This document shows, piece after piece, positions 26,713-41,989 of a stretch of 64,000 nucleotides of DNA. The notes under the pieces were generated by a model. It was not told the DNA's origin and did not search any database. It saw only the letters and a program-made list of their open reading frames with translations. The position numbers and the translations under genes are program-made. Each line of letters starts with the position of its first letter. Positions within the stretch are counted from its first letter, which is position 1. Source of the DNA: Octopus sinensis (Eukaryota); assembly GCF_006345805.1 (NCBI RefSeq), contig NC_042997.1, positions 3,782,001 through 3,846,000 of the forward strand, given 5' to 3'.

Positions 26713-27079
26713 GCGGTGAACTCACCGAATCGCAAGCGCCTCCGTCAAAATCTGACGAGCGCATATTACACTTCGCTTCGCTAGGCGTAACAGCACGGAA
26801 CGGCGCGAAAAATATTCGCGAATACGTATAACGGTTAACCTCCCCTCCCATCCAAATGATTTTTACCCCTGCGACATTAGTTTGGCTGGATAATCAGATA
26901 CTCTTTGAATTCACCTTGTCTGTCTATCTATCTGTCTCTATATCTTTCGGTATATCTATTTATCTATCTGTATAAATGTTTTTCGATCTATTTCTCTCGA
27001 TCCTTCTCTCTCTCCCCCCTCTCCATCTCTCTCTCTCTCTGTCTAACGAACCTCCATGTTTACGTTCGGTTTCCTTTAT

Positions 27080-27980
27080 ATGTTTCCACTGTCATGTTTC
27101 TGTTCTCAAATTTAACCCTCTATAAATCCTAAATTTCTTTTTAGAATTTATGGGAACGACTGTCTTTGAAGATCCACATTGTCGTTGAATGTACGAAGTG
27201 CAGAGTAGATAGACAACCGACTGCCGACGAAGGGTCCATTTTCTTTGTTTACATGCTTCCATTTTCCCTCGTTTACAAATTTAACGCGTTTGTTTGCGTA
27301 TTTCGTGTTATTTGTACCGTCGGTGACGTCCTGCACACATGTAAGCATGTATATATTTACACAGAAACACACACACTCACATTTATATATTATATACGTT
27401 ATTTACTATTTATTATTTAATCGAATGCGACGCATCCATTTCCAAGTAAGATCATGTTCATCTAATCTATACTGTTTCCTTCCCCCCATCCTTCACTATT
27501 TTCCTTTTCTCCTTTCCGTCTCTCACTGTTTTCTATCTGTCTCTCTCCCTCCTCTATTTCGCTCTCTCTCTCTCTCTCTCCCTCTCATTGCTCACAATTG
27601 ATCCTCTTTATTTTCCTTCAAGGACGTTGAGAAGAGTGGACGTTTTATTTTCTCTCTCCTCTATTTTTTTGTCTTTTAAAAAAGATGCTTCTCACAGCGT
27701 TCTCTATTTTCCACTCTTTCTTGTCTAACAACCCACCATGTTTGTTTTCTTTCGGATTCCTTGTTTTTCTCCACTGTCAAATTTGTCCCAAACTTTAACC
27801 CTGCCATATAAATCCTAAATTTTATCTTAGAAATTATAGGGGCAATTATAGAGTAGATAGAGGGGTCCTTTATCTGTGTTTACTTGTCTTGTTATACATT
27901 TGTTTCCTCGTTGTTCACGTATTTAACTATTTATTTGCGTTTTTTATGTGATTTGCAACGTTTGTGTCGTCCTGTTTTGT
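27080..27980. repeat. Degenerate direct duplication with ~690-bp spacing
   Basis: tccactgtca..tttaaccct..tataaatcctaaattt..ttagaa.ttat.ggg..gagtagatag..gggtcc.tt.tct.tgtttac..tttaac..tt..tttgcgt occurs at ~27085-27335 and ~27770-27975. Confidence 0.75.
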
Positions 27981-30720
27981 TGAACACATTGCTATCATTC
28001 AAATTTTGACTTCCTGCCAAACAATGTGAATGGATATTTCACCAAATGCTGATGGTTATTCAAAGTTTTTGCAAAGTATTTGTAAACTACATATTTTCGA
28101 TATGATTTTGTAAACTATATATTTTGGATATGTTTTGATAGAGAATTAATGCACAGGCTGTGTCATGGAGCGTTAAGGAATGTAATTCTCAATACACTTG
28201 AAATTACGCTAAGGCCTGTTATAGAATTTACTGTATTATATTGCCTCAATGGGCGTTGTGCTCCTTTCTAAATCTCAGTTGGTGTAAAACTACGTTTTTA
28301 CGACAAACGCGTACGCACGCTAAACATACAAATATATACCCGCAGGAGCTGAAAGAATTTCAAAACTACACTAGTAAGAATTTAAACGAGTAATTGGCAG
28401 ATACATTACGTACATAAAGGTGTTTCCAGTGCGGTATTTTTCCCTACATCAGTAGCTCCTATAGATATATCAATTTACAAAGTGTAAGAGGTATTGAACA
28501 ACGAAAATGAAAAGACATTGCAAAATTAAAGGATGTTTCAGCGGACGTTACTTTGGATTGTTTTGCACGCTGAATTTGACTCCCTGCATGAACCCACAGA
28601 TTGTCATTTGTGACTTTCTCGGGCATTTCTAGCTTTTTTTCATTTTCCTATTTACAACTTCTCATTTGTGGAGAATAAACTATTTGGGTGATGGCGGCAT
28701 TGATAGATATTATGTGGTAGGCAGTTAAGTAGCTAATTATTTCTGATGCTAGGCATATGCTATCAGAGTTCTCATAAAATTTGTGTACATTCTACCGGAC
28801 AGCTGATTTAGAGATCCATTTTCTTTTTGTTAATAGAGAGGGATTTTTACGTATTATAATTATGGAATTTTGAGTGAAATGAAGGATGTAATCTGATATC
28901 CCGAGAAGTTTAGTATTACTCATGGCACCGGAGATGTTGGTGCACAACAGAACTGAAACTACTTAGTTTTATACTAAATATTTTATAACACTTATAATGC
29001 TGAATCATGACTTTAATCTTAATACTTTAGTTACCTGAATGTGGATTATTCATTTTCCACGGAACGCTCATACAAATCAGGATACAGGAGACAATTAAAA
29101 TTAATCACTATTAAACATGTATTATCTATTCTACTGAAAAGAATCATGAATTGTTAAGAATTGATGTTTCAATACTCAGGGAAATTTGTTTCTGAAACGC
29201 TCCCGTCTGATTGATTATGTATTTGAACTGTTAAGTAATCTCTTTGAGCAATTTAGTAATCTCTTTGATATATGTCAAGCTAAATAAAAATAATTATTTT
29301 ATTTGCAATTATGCTTTAAATTTGTTAAGCTGATTATAAATACTTCTGTGTTCCATGATGGTATTCTAATCAATAGGTTGTGAGAATATAGGCGTTATAT
29401 TAAGTATATGCTGGTGAACTGTAAAGGAAGATGGTCAAATTAATCTATGATACTTTAAGGCATTCCGGATATTCTTTAATGAATTCAACCCTGTCTATAT
29501 CATCATAATAATGCAACGTAAATGTGACACCGTCTGATCACCTCTCATATTTTGGTAAAGAGCAACACGTGATGAAATTGTAGATTTAATCAATGGTTAG
29601 TGAGTGAAAATTACTTAGTATTTAGGTACTACATGGTGCTTGAAATTTAAATTATATCCTGGCAAAAGATTTGAAATGCAAATACAAAATTTCAAACGTT
29701 GTCCAAATAACGCAGAGATATTTAGTTGCAGATTCTCATATTACTTTCATCTTTCTTAGGAAATTTTACAATTGTAACCAGCTCAGAAATATCAGCTGTT
29801 CAGGTTCTCCAAAATAGAACAGTAGCGTTAAGTGCATAAGGTATAAATCTCTTCTGAAAGGAAATGCATACACATCATTAGAGTTTCTTCGTGCCGAAAT
29901 AGATAGTTTCACCTCTACAAGACAACATAACTCTCATAAATTCTATTAATAACAAAGCGTCGATGACTGCCTCGGGCCTATATAATGGGAGAGAATATTG
30001 AGGCAATGCTAAGCTGTCAAGAATACACAATGCTGTAATCATCCATTTCCAAACTGAGAAAGCATAACAGCACTATGTATGATGTATTTTGAAATATCGT
30101 TTGATTTATGTCTACATTATCGAATATGTTTGAAGCTGAGCTTGAAACATTGGTGAACTGATCAGAAAACTGCTGTATTTATGAGTTTCACTGTACAAAG
30201 TCAGAATTAAAAGCATATTTTCTTATAAATAATCCGTTCCCACGAAAGGCTTAACTCTCGTAATTTTGGGGTGAGAGTTAAAGTCGATTACTACACAAAA
30301 CTCTATTTTATTTTATAAATTAAAACTCTATTTTATTTTATCGATTACAAAAACAATTTAAGTCAAATTCAATATAATTGAGTACATTATTCAAATTTGG
30401 CAGGTGTTACTCATAGAATTTGAATGGTTTCTGGAAGCAGAAATTATATACGAATTAAATATAAATACGTATTAAATAATTATGAATCATATGATTGATA
30501 TTAAGTGAAAAAGGTGGAGCTAATAAGGTCAAGAGAATATGCCCATGGAAAAACCTCCCTGGATCCTCCCATGATTTAATTCGCAATAAATAATCCTCCC
30601 GAAAAACCCGCTGTGCACAAATACCAAAACCATGATATAAAAATTTGCCGATACCTAACCGACGCTGATTTTTATCTATTTATTTTCTTCTTGCCCAGAC
30701 ATTGACACATTACTAGTATA

Positions 30721-30793
<73 letters not shown>

Positions 30794-31479
30794 TATAGAG
30801 GGAGATTCAACTCCCAAACATCCATTTCGGCAAGCTGTTGCTCAAAATTTGTGGCGATTAAGTAAATTTGTCATTGATGTGTATTTATTGAATATATATG
30901 GTATAGATTAAGAATTAAGTAATCCATTCAACACTTTTCAAGGAAGAGGATATTTTGAAATTTGTCATTGCGTAGCTTCAATATTTTCAAAGTATAAGTT
31001 AGGCTACATGACATTAAAAATTCACCAGAAACCGATATCAATGTCAATAACTGGAAAATTATATAAGACCCGATACACCTATATGATTTTAAACATGAAT
31101 TTCTATTTAATCTGTTGGCTTCATGCTCTTTTTCCATCAGAATGATTAATATTTACATAGGAATATGTTTATATGTATACCCATAGATAAAATGTTAGTG
31201 CACTGACTTTCTGTTTCAGATGATTATTAATATGTTCCATTGCAATTAAATAAGTGTTTTTTTCTCTTATTTTGCATACTTTAAAATAATTTATTTACCA
31301 ATATGATATTTTCAGATTTCCTCCACCCGACGCAGTATAAAGGGTCCTGGTTATTTTCTTATGCAAGTAAACGGAAAATATAAAAGAAGGAAATTAACTT
31401 CGTACAGAAACAAACCCAGGATGTATATTTTATGTTGTAGATTCGTATGGCAAAAGTTTCTTATGAATTTACTTCAAAT

Positions 31480-31670
31480 TTTCGCCAAAGGCCAGCAGTC
31501 AAACGGGTTGGGATCGACTCTAGATTTTAACTGTTTCTTATTGTATCAACCGCATAAAGATGAAAGGCAAACTCGAGAAAGTCTAATTTTGAACTCAGAA
31601 CGTGAAGACCGACATGATGCCGCTAAGCATTATGCCTAGCGAGATGATAATTCTTGTCAGATCGCCGCTG
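31480..31670 (-). mobile_element. tRNA-derived SINE (family B), diverged
   Basis: aaggccagca..gatgaaaggcaaa.tcga..tttgaactcagaacgtgaagac..atgccgctaagcat. Confidence 0.7.
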
Positions 31671-31971
31671 ACTGAAAACGTAGTATATCCAGGAAAGTTG
31701 CGACATTATAAAGGGATTCCTACCCGGAATTTGTTGCTCTTCGATTACTATCGCAAACAGCAGTAGCTTTCCTCAGATAAATACACGTCGCTGATTCGTT
31801 AAAATTACACAAATACGACAACTTTAACACGATATATATTCTAAAATACGAAATTTTGTCGAAAATGTTGAAACCTTGTTCAGCGGGAGAAATTACACCA
31901 TTATACGAAGATTCAAACTTTTTAGCTAAAAAACAATAATTAATAAATTTGCGGACAAACTGAAGAGAACC

Positions 31972-32178
<207 letters not shown>

Positions 32179-34569
32179 AAATGTAGCATGTGAAGAGGAA
32201 TATTGTAGGTCAAGCCATCTAGACTCTTCGACTTGTACCGCATTCAATAAGTTGTTGCTTCCCCAATCTCATTAGTTGTCCAACATTCGTAAAAAATCTG
32301 ATCCTAACGCAAATTACCCGACAAGGTGTCGAATTAGACATCAAAACCTATCTGCGTTCCCTGTCCACCTTCTTGCTCCAAATAGTTGAACGAATGCTGT
32401 ACACCTGCGATTAGTTTCGACATCCTGGAGCCAATCAGGTCTCTTTGTATGAAACCTAGAGAAATCGATCGTACTGTTGAAATATATTACCGTTTGTGCA
32501 GCTGATCAACTAGTATTCTGGACAACCTATGTTATCCTTATCCGTTAGCTTACACATTATTCTATGCAGCTCCGGTCTGTTTGATCTGATGCTATTTAAC
32601 CATGTGCAAATCGGCGCATTCTGACAATAGTCTTGCCTCTCAATGTGTCGGAAATGACTTACAAGTTTTTGAGAATTTGGCACCTTTCTCTTGTCAAGTG
32701 GTCTCACACAATCAGGAGATGCACAAACGATAACATTCCAGTCGCCCACTCGCACTCAAGAAGCATAATTGTTGACAAAATATATCTTAAGTTAATCAAA
32801 GCTTAAAGGGATACGATATAAACCATGTGTTTGAATATATTGGCAAACTGATCATCCAGAATCACTGAAAAAACAGAAACAAAGACAACGGCCACACACA
32901 CACACACAAACACACACATACACAGATATAGACACAGACACTTTAATGAAACAAATATATGCAGGGAAAATCCCAGGCGTTGTCATTTGCCAATATTTCA
33001 CGGGCTACAGTGAAAAGTATACACTGGATATTACTTCATTCATGCTTTCTTAGTTGTGTAGAATGTCTTTTGTCGCCCATATGTAACAGAGTAACGGATA
33101 CGAGTCGGTAATAGCTAAGTAATAAATTAGATGTTTTGTTGTGTCGCTATTTGAAAACTTTTGTAACGCCAGAATAAATAGGTAAGCGAATATTATACAC
33201 ACTTCTTCAGAATGAAATTCGAATCTTATATTTGTTGCAGCTGCGTCCCTCTGTGAGGATAAATAATTCAATTATATCGTTCAGTATCTTTCAATATTAT
33301 CACAATATAAATTACAAAGTACCCCTATTTTTAAGTAATTGCACATGCTGCAAGTATTGCTATTTAATCAATATTGCTATTTTAAATTTCCTTAAGAAAT
33401 ATGTTACTACGAAAGTTATATAGTTTTGTTATATCTAGTCGTTTATTCTGAATAAGCTCTACTGTGCTTTTACTAACGTTATTACATTCATTTATATAAC
33501 CAATTTTGAAAATTTCTGATTTGCCAAAAATATATTCAGAAAGCATTTATAGTACACACCAGACAATAAAAGTTATGAATAAAACGCAGTCAGTTTAGCA
33601 CTCGTTACGTTATGCTATTCTTTCCTTTTAGCTCTCTTCAAGTTCGTTTTAGCCAATTTGACATTTTCTCATTATTTTTCTTTCGTCGAAAGTATGATGT
33701 TTGTAGCTATTCTTAGTACATTCTTGAGCATTATTTATATAAAACTTTCTTCTTTTTGTTCTTAGATACATAATCTCATTTGTTGTTTCACTGATCAACC
33801 GACTTCAAACATAATTGATTCGATTTTATTTCCAAATACTCTTTCAGTGTAACACAGTTCTTTACATTAAACAGCTTTACCCTTAAATTTCTATTTATGT
33901 CCTACGATGCAGAGTATAGAGCTTTACAAAATACGAGTAGCACATCTTTTGAAAGTAATTCGTCGTTACTTTTGGGATTAATTTTTCTAAAATTGAACTG
34001 TTTTACACCATTCATTGCTTGTGCTGAATATCTCTAAACTTGTAGCATTATTGTATTAATCAGCTCTGGAAATTTACATTGGAATGTTTGCTTCTACAAT
34101 AAAGAACTCTTGTTTTTGTTTTTTTTACCTTTTAAAATATTTTGTACTTCTGTTTTGTAAAATATATAATCGTCTTTAGAGAATACATCACACGTCCGTG
34201 CCTGTTTCACACCTAATACACATTACAACACGTCGCAAAAATGTTTACAATTCCATTATAAATTGAAAGAAAGCGATGGCTAGAGCAGAATATATTAGAA
34301 GAGGTATTAAATGTATTTTGTATTGACACACACTTTAAAAGTCTCGAAACAGTTGACAGCAACATTTACACACGCATGGAACAAGTAGAATATTTTACGT
34401 ATTTTATCTTCCCCCTACATAACTGTGCGTGTTTCTGATAATGTTTGCTTGTTTGCCTCTGTACGTATAACCACTTGCACTTATATACGCGTGTGTACAT
34501 TTATGTGTGAATATATATGTATGCATGAATGTATGTATGGATGTGTGTATGTATGTATGCATATATTTT

Positions 34570-34602
<33 letters not shown>

Positions 34603-34631
34603 GTATGTATGTATGTATGTATATATGCATG

Positions 34632-34681
<50 letters not shown>

Positions 34682-35479
34682 TATGTGTATATATGGACAT
34701 TATAGATAGATAGATATATATACATTCTTTTGTATTTGTATGTGCGTGTGTGCGTATTTGTGTCTGCATATTTAATGATAGAAGGCTTAAATACACTTGT
34801 ACGATTTGGTATTATAACGCTTCCTCTATCAGGAAAGTTGGCGGTAAGCTTTGTGTCATCCACAGAAGATTACAGGTTGCTTAAGGAGATAAATCTATTG
34901 ACAAGATCAATGTGGGTAGACAGAAGAAGATATTTAAAAAATGAAAACTATGCATTGGCAGAGGAATAACTTCGACCACTGACAGGTATCACAGCAAATA
35001 GATAACTTTATCTGGGTGTTCGGCGGAGATAATTCATATTCGAATAGCTTAAGGTGAGAAGATATTGGTAGATATTGATATCATGAAGTGTCTGTAAATT
35101 TGTTACCCCAGTAGTTGTCACTTGATTTGAATGAACGAAATGTGCACGTATCTGTTGGAATTTTTTGTGACCTTCTAATACATGCTTGTTCTCTATTAGG
35201 TTGTAAATGGTGAAAAGAGGACGTATCTTCCTCATCCGGAAACGAAACACTGCTCGATAGAATGGTGCTTCACCTTTGACTCAAATACTTAAGACGTCCG
35301 AATGTAATCAGAACAATTACGTTAGCAGTTGTTGAGGATCACAAAGACTCCATCTTGATCTTTAGCACAAGTCTCTATCGTTAACAGTGATGCAATAAGA
35401 TACTCAAAGAGCTTGGGGGAAGACATCTGGATGAACGGAGTGAACAAGTAAGTTAAACGAAATCATTTACCCATTTGAC

Positions 35480-35740
35480 AGCAAATCAGGTAATCGACGC
35501 ATTAGGTCGGGTATTTGTGGAATAATTCCCGTACAGTGTGGTTCTAGCGTCCTCCAACTATCGCCTGATATGTTCAGAACAAGATGTTTTTGGCAAACAA
35601 CTATTTAGTGGAAAAGAGCAAGTGAAATTAGCTGTGATGAAGTGGGGTAAAAAATGTGCAAACCTGAACCTTTTCAAGAAAGATTCGAGATCACACTTTG
35701 TTCTTAGCAAAAATGCACTCATAAAGATGGAAACTTTGAG
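35480..35740 (+). mobile_element. Very old mariner C-terminal remnant
   Basis: ccgtacagtgtggttctagcgtcctccaactatcgcctg translates to PYSVVLASSNYRL (PYSPDLAPSDYHL-like), followed by FSGKEQVKLAVMKW. Confidence 0.5.
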
Positions 35741-37204
35741 TAGTGCCTTTGTACGGGGAAACTATTATATTTTCAACTTATGGAATTTTAATTCCATTCA
35801 TCATTTAATAAAGTATCACTATTTTACATTATTTTCTATATAATCATCACACACAAGCACGCACATACAAACACAAGTTATGCCTGCATATATATATATA
35901 TATATATATATATACTAGAAACCACAATATCACTCTCACTACTTTCAACTCCTAACATATTTATCAAGTAATTAATATGTACAGGGATTACTATGAAAGA
36001 TGTAAATAATGTGGAGATATATATTTTACATAATGCCATTAGAGTATAGCTGAGTCCCAACTTTATAATACTGTATTAGCATGAGACGTCTAAGGGTCAT
36101 ATATGTCAGTTGAATGACATGGTGTGTGTGAACTTGACATTTCGTTACATTGTCCATGCATTTCTAGCAGTTTCGCCTACCGATATTATTTTGTGTCTGG
36201 GGCGTTTTGTGTCTTCGCTCGCATTGTCAATGAATTATTTTCAGAAATATCATGTTTCACTGGATCCTCAGATGAATTTTTCACTCGATAGTTCCGTCAC
36301 AATTTGAACAAGATTCTGTGATATTTGCTGTTAGATTTCAAAAGAGCATGCCGTCAAATATTTACCATGTTTCTGTGCTAATACAGTGGCGTTCATTTCG
36401 TATTGGATATGTATCTGTAAGATGTACCTTTTCACTTTGTATAACTTGTGTTATTAGTCTTTCTTGCTGAGAGCGGTTAGGTACAAACAACTATTATTCC
36501 TAAACCATCAAGTGAATATATCTGATCTGTTTGACCTAATTACCATAACAGTTACATCGCAAGAGCAGTTAAACATTATATGTATTTATGTATACTATAT
36601 ACTCTATGCTATATTTAATAAGTTCATCGTCAAAACTGTAGTCCAGGTTGTAGTATATTTGAATTACAAAATAGAATTCCCATGACTGGGTTGATTATAA
36701 TCATTGTATATTTGTTCAAGACTATTTTTGTTGCAAATAACAGCTCCTTGCATTATAGAAAACTCTCTCCCCTTACATCATTCATAGATACCATTCAATA
36801 TAAACTCCTACATTTTTACATCATGATATACTTAAACTCCGTAGCACATATTTTGGTAATGGTACCAAATCTCGATACAAACTTGTTTAATTGTATATAT
36901 AATAATACCTACATAAACCCTGGCACTTAGTTTAACTAAATGATATAGAATATATCCATACGATTCTCAGTCCGTACTTCTTTACCAAATTAATATCAGT
37001 TGGTTTAGTATGTTTAGATAGCAAAGTTTTCTAATACAAATAGTTAAACATTAATAAATTCATAGGAAGTAGTATAATTTGGAGCAGCATAGTGGTGGTA
37101 GAGAAATTTTTACCTGCTCCGTCAACATAGATAAGTATCTTTGTCGAACAACGTATGCGATCAAATCACTACAGATTTGGAAGTATTGTGCATAATTAAA
37201 ACGC

Positions 37205-37345
37205 TATGCTAGTTAAGTCGATTACATCGATCACGGTATTCAACCGGTACTTATTTTATCGACCCTGAAAGGATAAATAGCCCAGCTAAATTTGAACTCA
37301 GGACGTAAATACATTGAAATGCCGCATATTTCATCTCGCTGCCTT
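37205..37345 (-). mobile_element. SINE family B remnant
   Basis: taagtcgattacatcga..ggtacttattttatcgaccctgaaaggat..tttgaactcag. Confidence 0.7.
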
Positions 37346-38306
37346 TTCTTGTTATGAATATTGGTATATTCAAATAATATCATTCAATCTACAATTGGCT
37401 TCGTTTTCAGCTGAATTTACAACATTTCACCGTAATGGTTTTCTCGCAGTATATGCAACAGATGTATCTCAATATCATTGAAGTCATTCAAGCTTAAATG
37501 TTGTATTTTCAAAAGAGGACAATGTAACACCCAGTTAGGAAATTGAACATGGGACATTAAGATCCAGAGTCCAACAGGTTGACAATTTAGACAAATTCAT
37601 ATACAGGTTAACAATAGTAGCTTAAATCTCTGGTACTCAATAATATTTAAAATACATTTCAGATAGACATTAACCATTAACCATTTTTCCCTGTGACTAT
37701 TTTATTTTCACTTGAAAACATTTTCTTCCATACAAGATTAATTTGAATCGAAACGAATGACACATCCACGAATTCTATGCGTAAATGCAATTAATTTTAA
37801 CCTAACGTTATCGACACAATTGATTGTGTCAGTTTGTTCTAAAACATAATCTTTCATAGCCTTGCCAAACCTTACTTGTTGCAATATTTTAAACCAACTT
37901 TAAAGTTATCGATAGCAGAATAATCGAGTATATTCCTACATTTTGATTAATTATATTATAGCTAGAGTATATCATCCAAAGAATATAGAGACGACATGAC
38001 AATAGCTTTTCGTAAAATGAAATTATATAACTATATACTGGAAATTATATTCTTAATTTGATTATATTTACGACAAGGCCATTTTCTATTCAAAGGAAAA
38101 TATAATCTACGAAGATATAAATTGCTATTCATACTTGAACTGGAAATAAAATATATATGGTTAACGTACTATTACTCTGATTAATGAATGGGCAGTAGTC
38201 CCGAGTTATTGATAAGACTGTACTAAATTAAATAATGATATATTTATTAGCTACTGAACTGATTATATTCACAACGCTTTATATACATATATATATATAT
38301 GTATAC

Positions 38307-38344
<38 letters not shown>

Positions 38345-38349
38345 ATATG

Positions 38350-38402
<53 letters not shown>

Positions 38403-38844
38403 TATATATATGCAGACACACACACATTCATGCACGCATAAATACATATGTGTGCGTGGGCGCATGTGTATGGTAGCGTGTGTGTTCATATATATTGTTA
38501 GTGTGAGAGTGTATAGGTGTGTATGTATATTTCATTGTTGACATGATAGATCGAACTGAGAGAGCTGAATAATCTTCTAAAGCCTTAGAGGATTTAGTTG
38601 ATTTACAATTGACCGAAGTATATTGTCTTGGTTTATATAATTGCAGGAACTATAAACATAATTATACAATTCGTGACAATACTATACAATAAATAATATT
38701 TGTTGTTAGAAAATAAATGTATTTATTATTCAGAAGGTAATGAATATCATTTATTCTATAGTGAGCTTTCAAGATCACGTGGTGTACGCTCGGCAATTTG
38801 CATATATTTCGGTCTCTTCGTTTACGTTTTATTGCGGATATCTA

Positions 38845-39192
<348 letters not shown>

Positions 39193-39194
<2 letters not shown>

Positions 39195-39600
39195 ATTTCA
39201 CAAGAAAAAACAAAAGACGAAGACAGGTGGTGCAGACAGCAAACTGATGCATTAGTATAACGCTTAGGAAATGAAAATGTCTTTAACGTTTCGAGCCTAC
39301 GCTCTTCCACAGAAAGGAACAAGGAGAGAAAATAAAAAATGCGTAGTAGCTAGCGATCTATCATGGTGAATGCGGGACAGAAGGGCAACACAGAAGAGCT
39401 AGGGAGAAGTGGAGATAATAAATTAGTGGTGATCCCAAAAGGAAGGTGTGCATGTGTGTATATAAGAGTTTGTTTGTGCGTGCGGAAGAGGGCTGGATTC
39501 CATGACGTGTGCGTGTGTGCATGTGTAGGTGTAAAAAGGTGGGTCTGTGAAGTGGTCAGTGCTGAAATGTGCGTGGTTGTGTTGTGTGCTATGGAATTCT
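39193..39600 (-). mobile_element. Penelope-type terminal fragment with hammerhead-like motif, abutting (TA)n
   Basis: The minus strand at 39281-39316 reads CTTT-CTGTGGA-A-GAGC-GTAG-GCTC-GAAA-CGTT-AAAG. The layout parallels 50056-50340. Confidence 0.55.
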
Positions 39601-39604
39601 CCTT

Positions 39605-40499
39605 TTCTATTGACCAATGCTGCAGCTTATCAGACTTTCTTATGCATTTCATCCATATGCTCACAGTACTTCTCCGCCGTAATGTTTTCGGTTGGATTCA
39701 AAAAGTTGTGATAGATGAGACTAATCGCAGACCACCAAGCATTCACCATGACCAACTTATGGTGTAACGTTGGCTTCGCGAAGTGCCGTGGAGCTTCGTC
39801 GGCTTCTAACCACTGAGCTGAGCCTCGCCATTTGTCGTAAATAATCCAGTTTTTATCGCAAGTCACATTCCGGTCGAGAAACTGGTCGTTCTTCTTGCGT
39901 AAAAGAAGGGAAGCCGACACTTCAAAACGGCGTATTATTTGGTTGTCTTTCAATTCGTGAGGCCCCCGTTTCTCAAATAGTTTTGTTTTTACAATCACTT
40001 TCAAGTGGTTCGATATTGTCATAAATGTTACGTCTAATTCCGAAGCAAGCTCTCGAATAGTTGTGCGGGCATTGGCTTAGACTACGGCTCTTAGTTGATC
40101 GTTGTTAATATCCGATTGCCGACCCCTACGTTGATCATCTTGAGAAATCTCGTCACCGCTACGGAATTTCTGGAGCCACCATTGTGCTGTTCGTTTATTA
40201 GTGGTTCCTAGACAAAATGCATCGTTGATATCGCGAGTTGTTTCAGCAGCTTTTCGGCATAGCTTAGACTGGAAGTAGAAAATTGTGCAAATTTGAAGTT
40301 TTACCATCTTGTATTCAACGTTTCTCAATAAATGGCCTAAGTATTTAAAAAACAACAACAAGAACAACACGATTAGATAGAGCGAAAAACTTGCTTTAAA
40401 ATGATTTATAAGCCAAAGTAGTTTAACGGAATTTTATTTGAAAATGCATAATTTAAAACCAAAATTTGAAATTCCGCAAGAGCTTTCTTGACAACCTAA
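39605..40499 (-). mobile_element. Mariner transposon, 5' two-thirds, decayed
   Basis: It reads LQICTIFYFQSKLCRKAAETTRDINDAF..TAQWWLQKFRSGD..GRQS, FLDRNVTCDKNWIIYD and KLVMVNAWWS. The 5' TIR reads TA|ttaggttgtcaagaaag on the minus strand at ~40483-40501. Confidence 0.85.
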
Positions 40500-40639
40500 T
40501 ATTCAACTGACTTACCGACCTCTTTTATTCCAGAATTTGGGATATGTTCGAAGCAGTAATTTGAACATACTCTACTAAACAATTCTTGTTACAGCTTACA
40601 AACACCTATTATTACAATTCTATATTGTGTTACAATATG

Positions 40640-40870
40640 GAATTATTTGACACAAGAGGGTATTAGTTTTCTCCCTCACCTTTCTTATAGCCCAGACCTT
40701 TGCTCTTGTGTCATTTAGCTCCTCCACGCGATGAGAGAAAACCTTTGGAGAATCGGTTTGTAGACAATGAGAAGACTGAGACGGGTCCATTTTGGAAGAA
40801 TTTCACGAGGCCCTTAATGAAGTGGCAGGAACGTTACAAGTGCACTGAAATCAGAGGGTCCTGATTTAAA
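40640..40870 (+). mobile_element. Old mariner C-terminal remnant
   Basis: ctccctcacctttcttatagcccagacctt translates to LPHLSYSPDL. Downstream, aagtggcaggaacgttacaagtgcactgaaatcagaggg resembles W.ER..KCIE..G. Confidence 0.5.
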
Positions 40871-41904
40871 TGTCAAACGATACTAATTTAAATGAGAGTT
40901 TTGTATTTCTTTGAAATTAATAGAAGTCTTCCTTGTAAAACCTCAAAAGTTCAGAAATACACTTGAATTTAGTATCATGAAGCAGTGAAATATGAATGTT
41001 TTCTCGTGATCTTAATTCAGAAAGCTATCATAGTAGCAAGTAATACACCCCGAGTCTCTTCCATATTCTGCAATCAATTTTTATACATAATAAAAGGGTC
41101 ACATGATAAACTGAGTGCCGGGGAAAAATCATAAAAGATGCGCTTAAGTAGTCATGATGTCTTTCCTATGGGAATTTCTTAGAACTTCTATAATCAGTAT
41201 GTCTGCAACAATCTCAGTTGGAGCAAATGCATCAACAAAAAAGTTTATATGGTAGCAGCATCGCCTTGAAACCTCCGTGAGACCTGCGAGATGATGACAT
41301 TATTTGTTTCTTAACGTCTCTACGTCACATCTGAAGCTGTTGTATTGTCATACAACATCTGAATATCAAACACAGTTTTCTAAACAATTGAAACACAATA
41401 GAATACATACATAAAAATAAAAAGCAAAACGTTAGTAGATAACATTACAAGCCTTGGAATCATCTCAAGACAGGCATAATTCTATTCCTTCAAATGCCAT
41501 GAGAAATGCATCATAATTTGTACAATATTGCGTACAGAATGTTAGCATGAAGATTTAATGTACGATGGAATTTTTAAATGTATCTTCTAAAATAGAATGT
41601 GCAGAACGCCACTGTTTCCAAACATGTTATTAATTCACCTGGTCCACTTTATTTTAAATGATTGTTTATAGATTTTAGAGATACATTCTTAATGTTCTGT
41701 CTAAATTCTTTCAGGAAATGCCATATAGCTTTCTGATAGTCGACTAACTATATTTTCTGAAAACAAAAGATTCTAAATGGGGGAGGTATCATTTCTGTAA
41801 ATATTACGTCATTGTGACGTTACCGACTTCCTCGCAAGGTTTTCTGTGTATTTTCGCTTCCGATATTTTAATGACAATGTTGCTTCTACAGTCAGTTAAA
41901 ACAA

Positions 41905-41962
<58 letters not shown>

Positions 41963-41989
41963 TGTGTATGTGTGTGTATATGTATTTGG

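Noticed and set aside
26428-26851. Poly-Ser, poly-Ile and poly-Tyr ORFs (and poly-Ser/Val/Ala ORFs at 31720-32275)
   Set aside because: They come from trinucleotide microsatellites; there is no domain or splice evidence.
30928-31639. Short ORFs and AG acceptor-like sites as host exons
   Set aside because: No recognisable protein similarity, and the 31361-31639 ORF runs into a SINE.
36100-36930. Unique-looking region with short ORFs and a possible minus-strand mini-exon (ttacag..ATG|GTAAAT near 36365-36420)
   Set aside because: No recognisable domain, stops in all frames and a weak pyrimidine tract; cannot be supported without RNA-seq or homology search.
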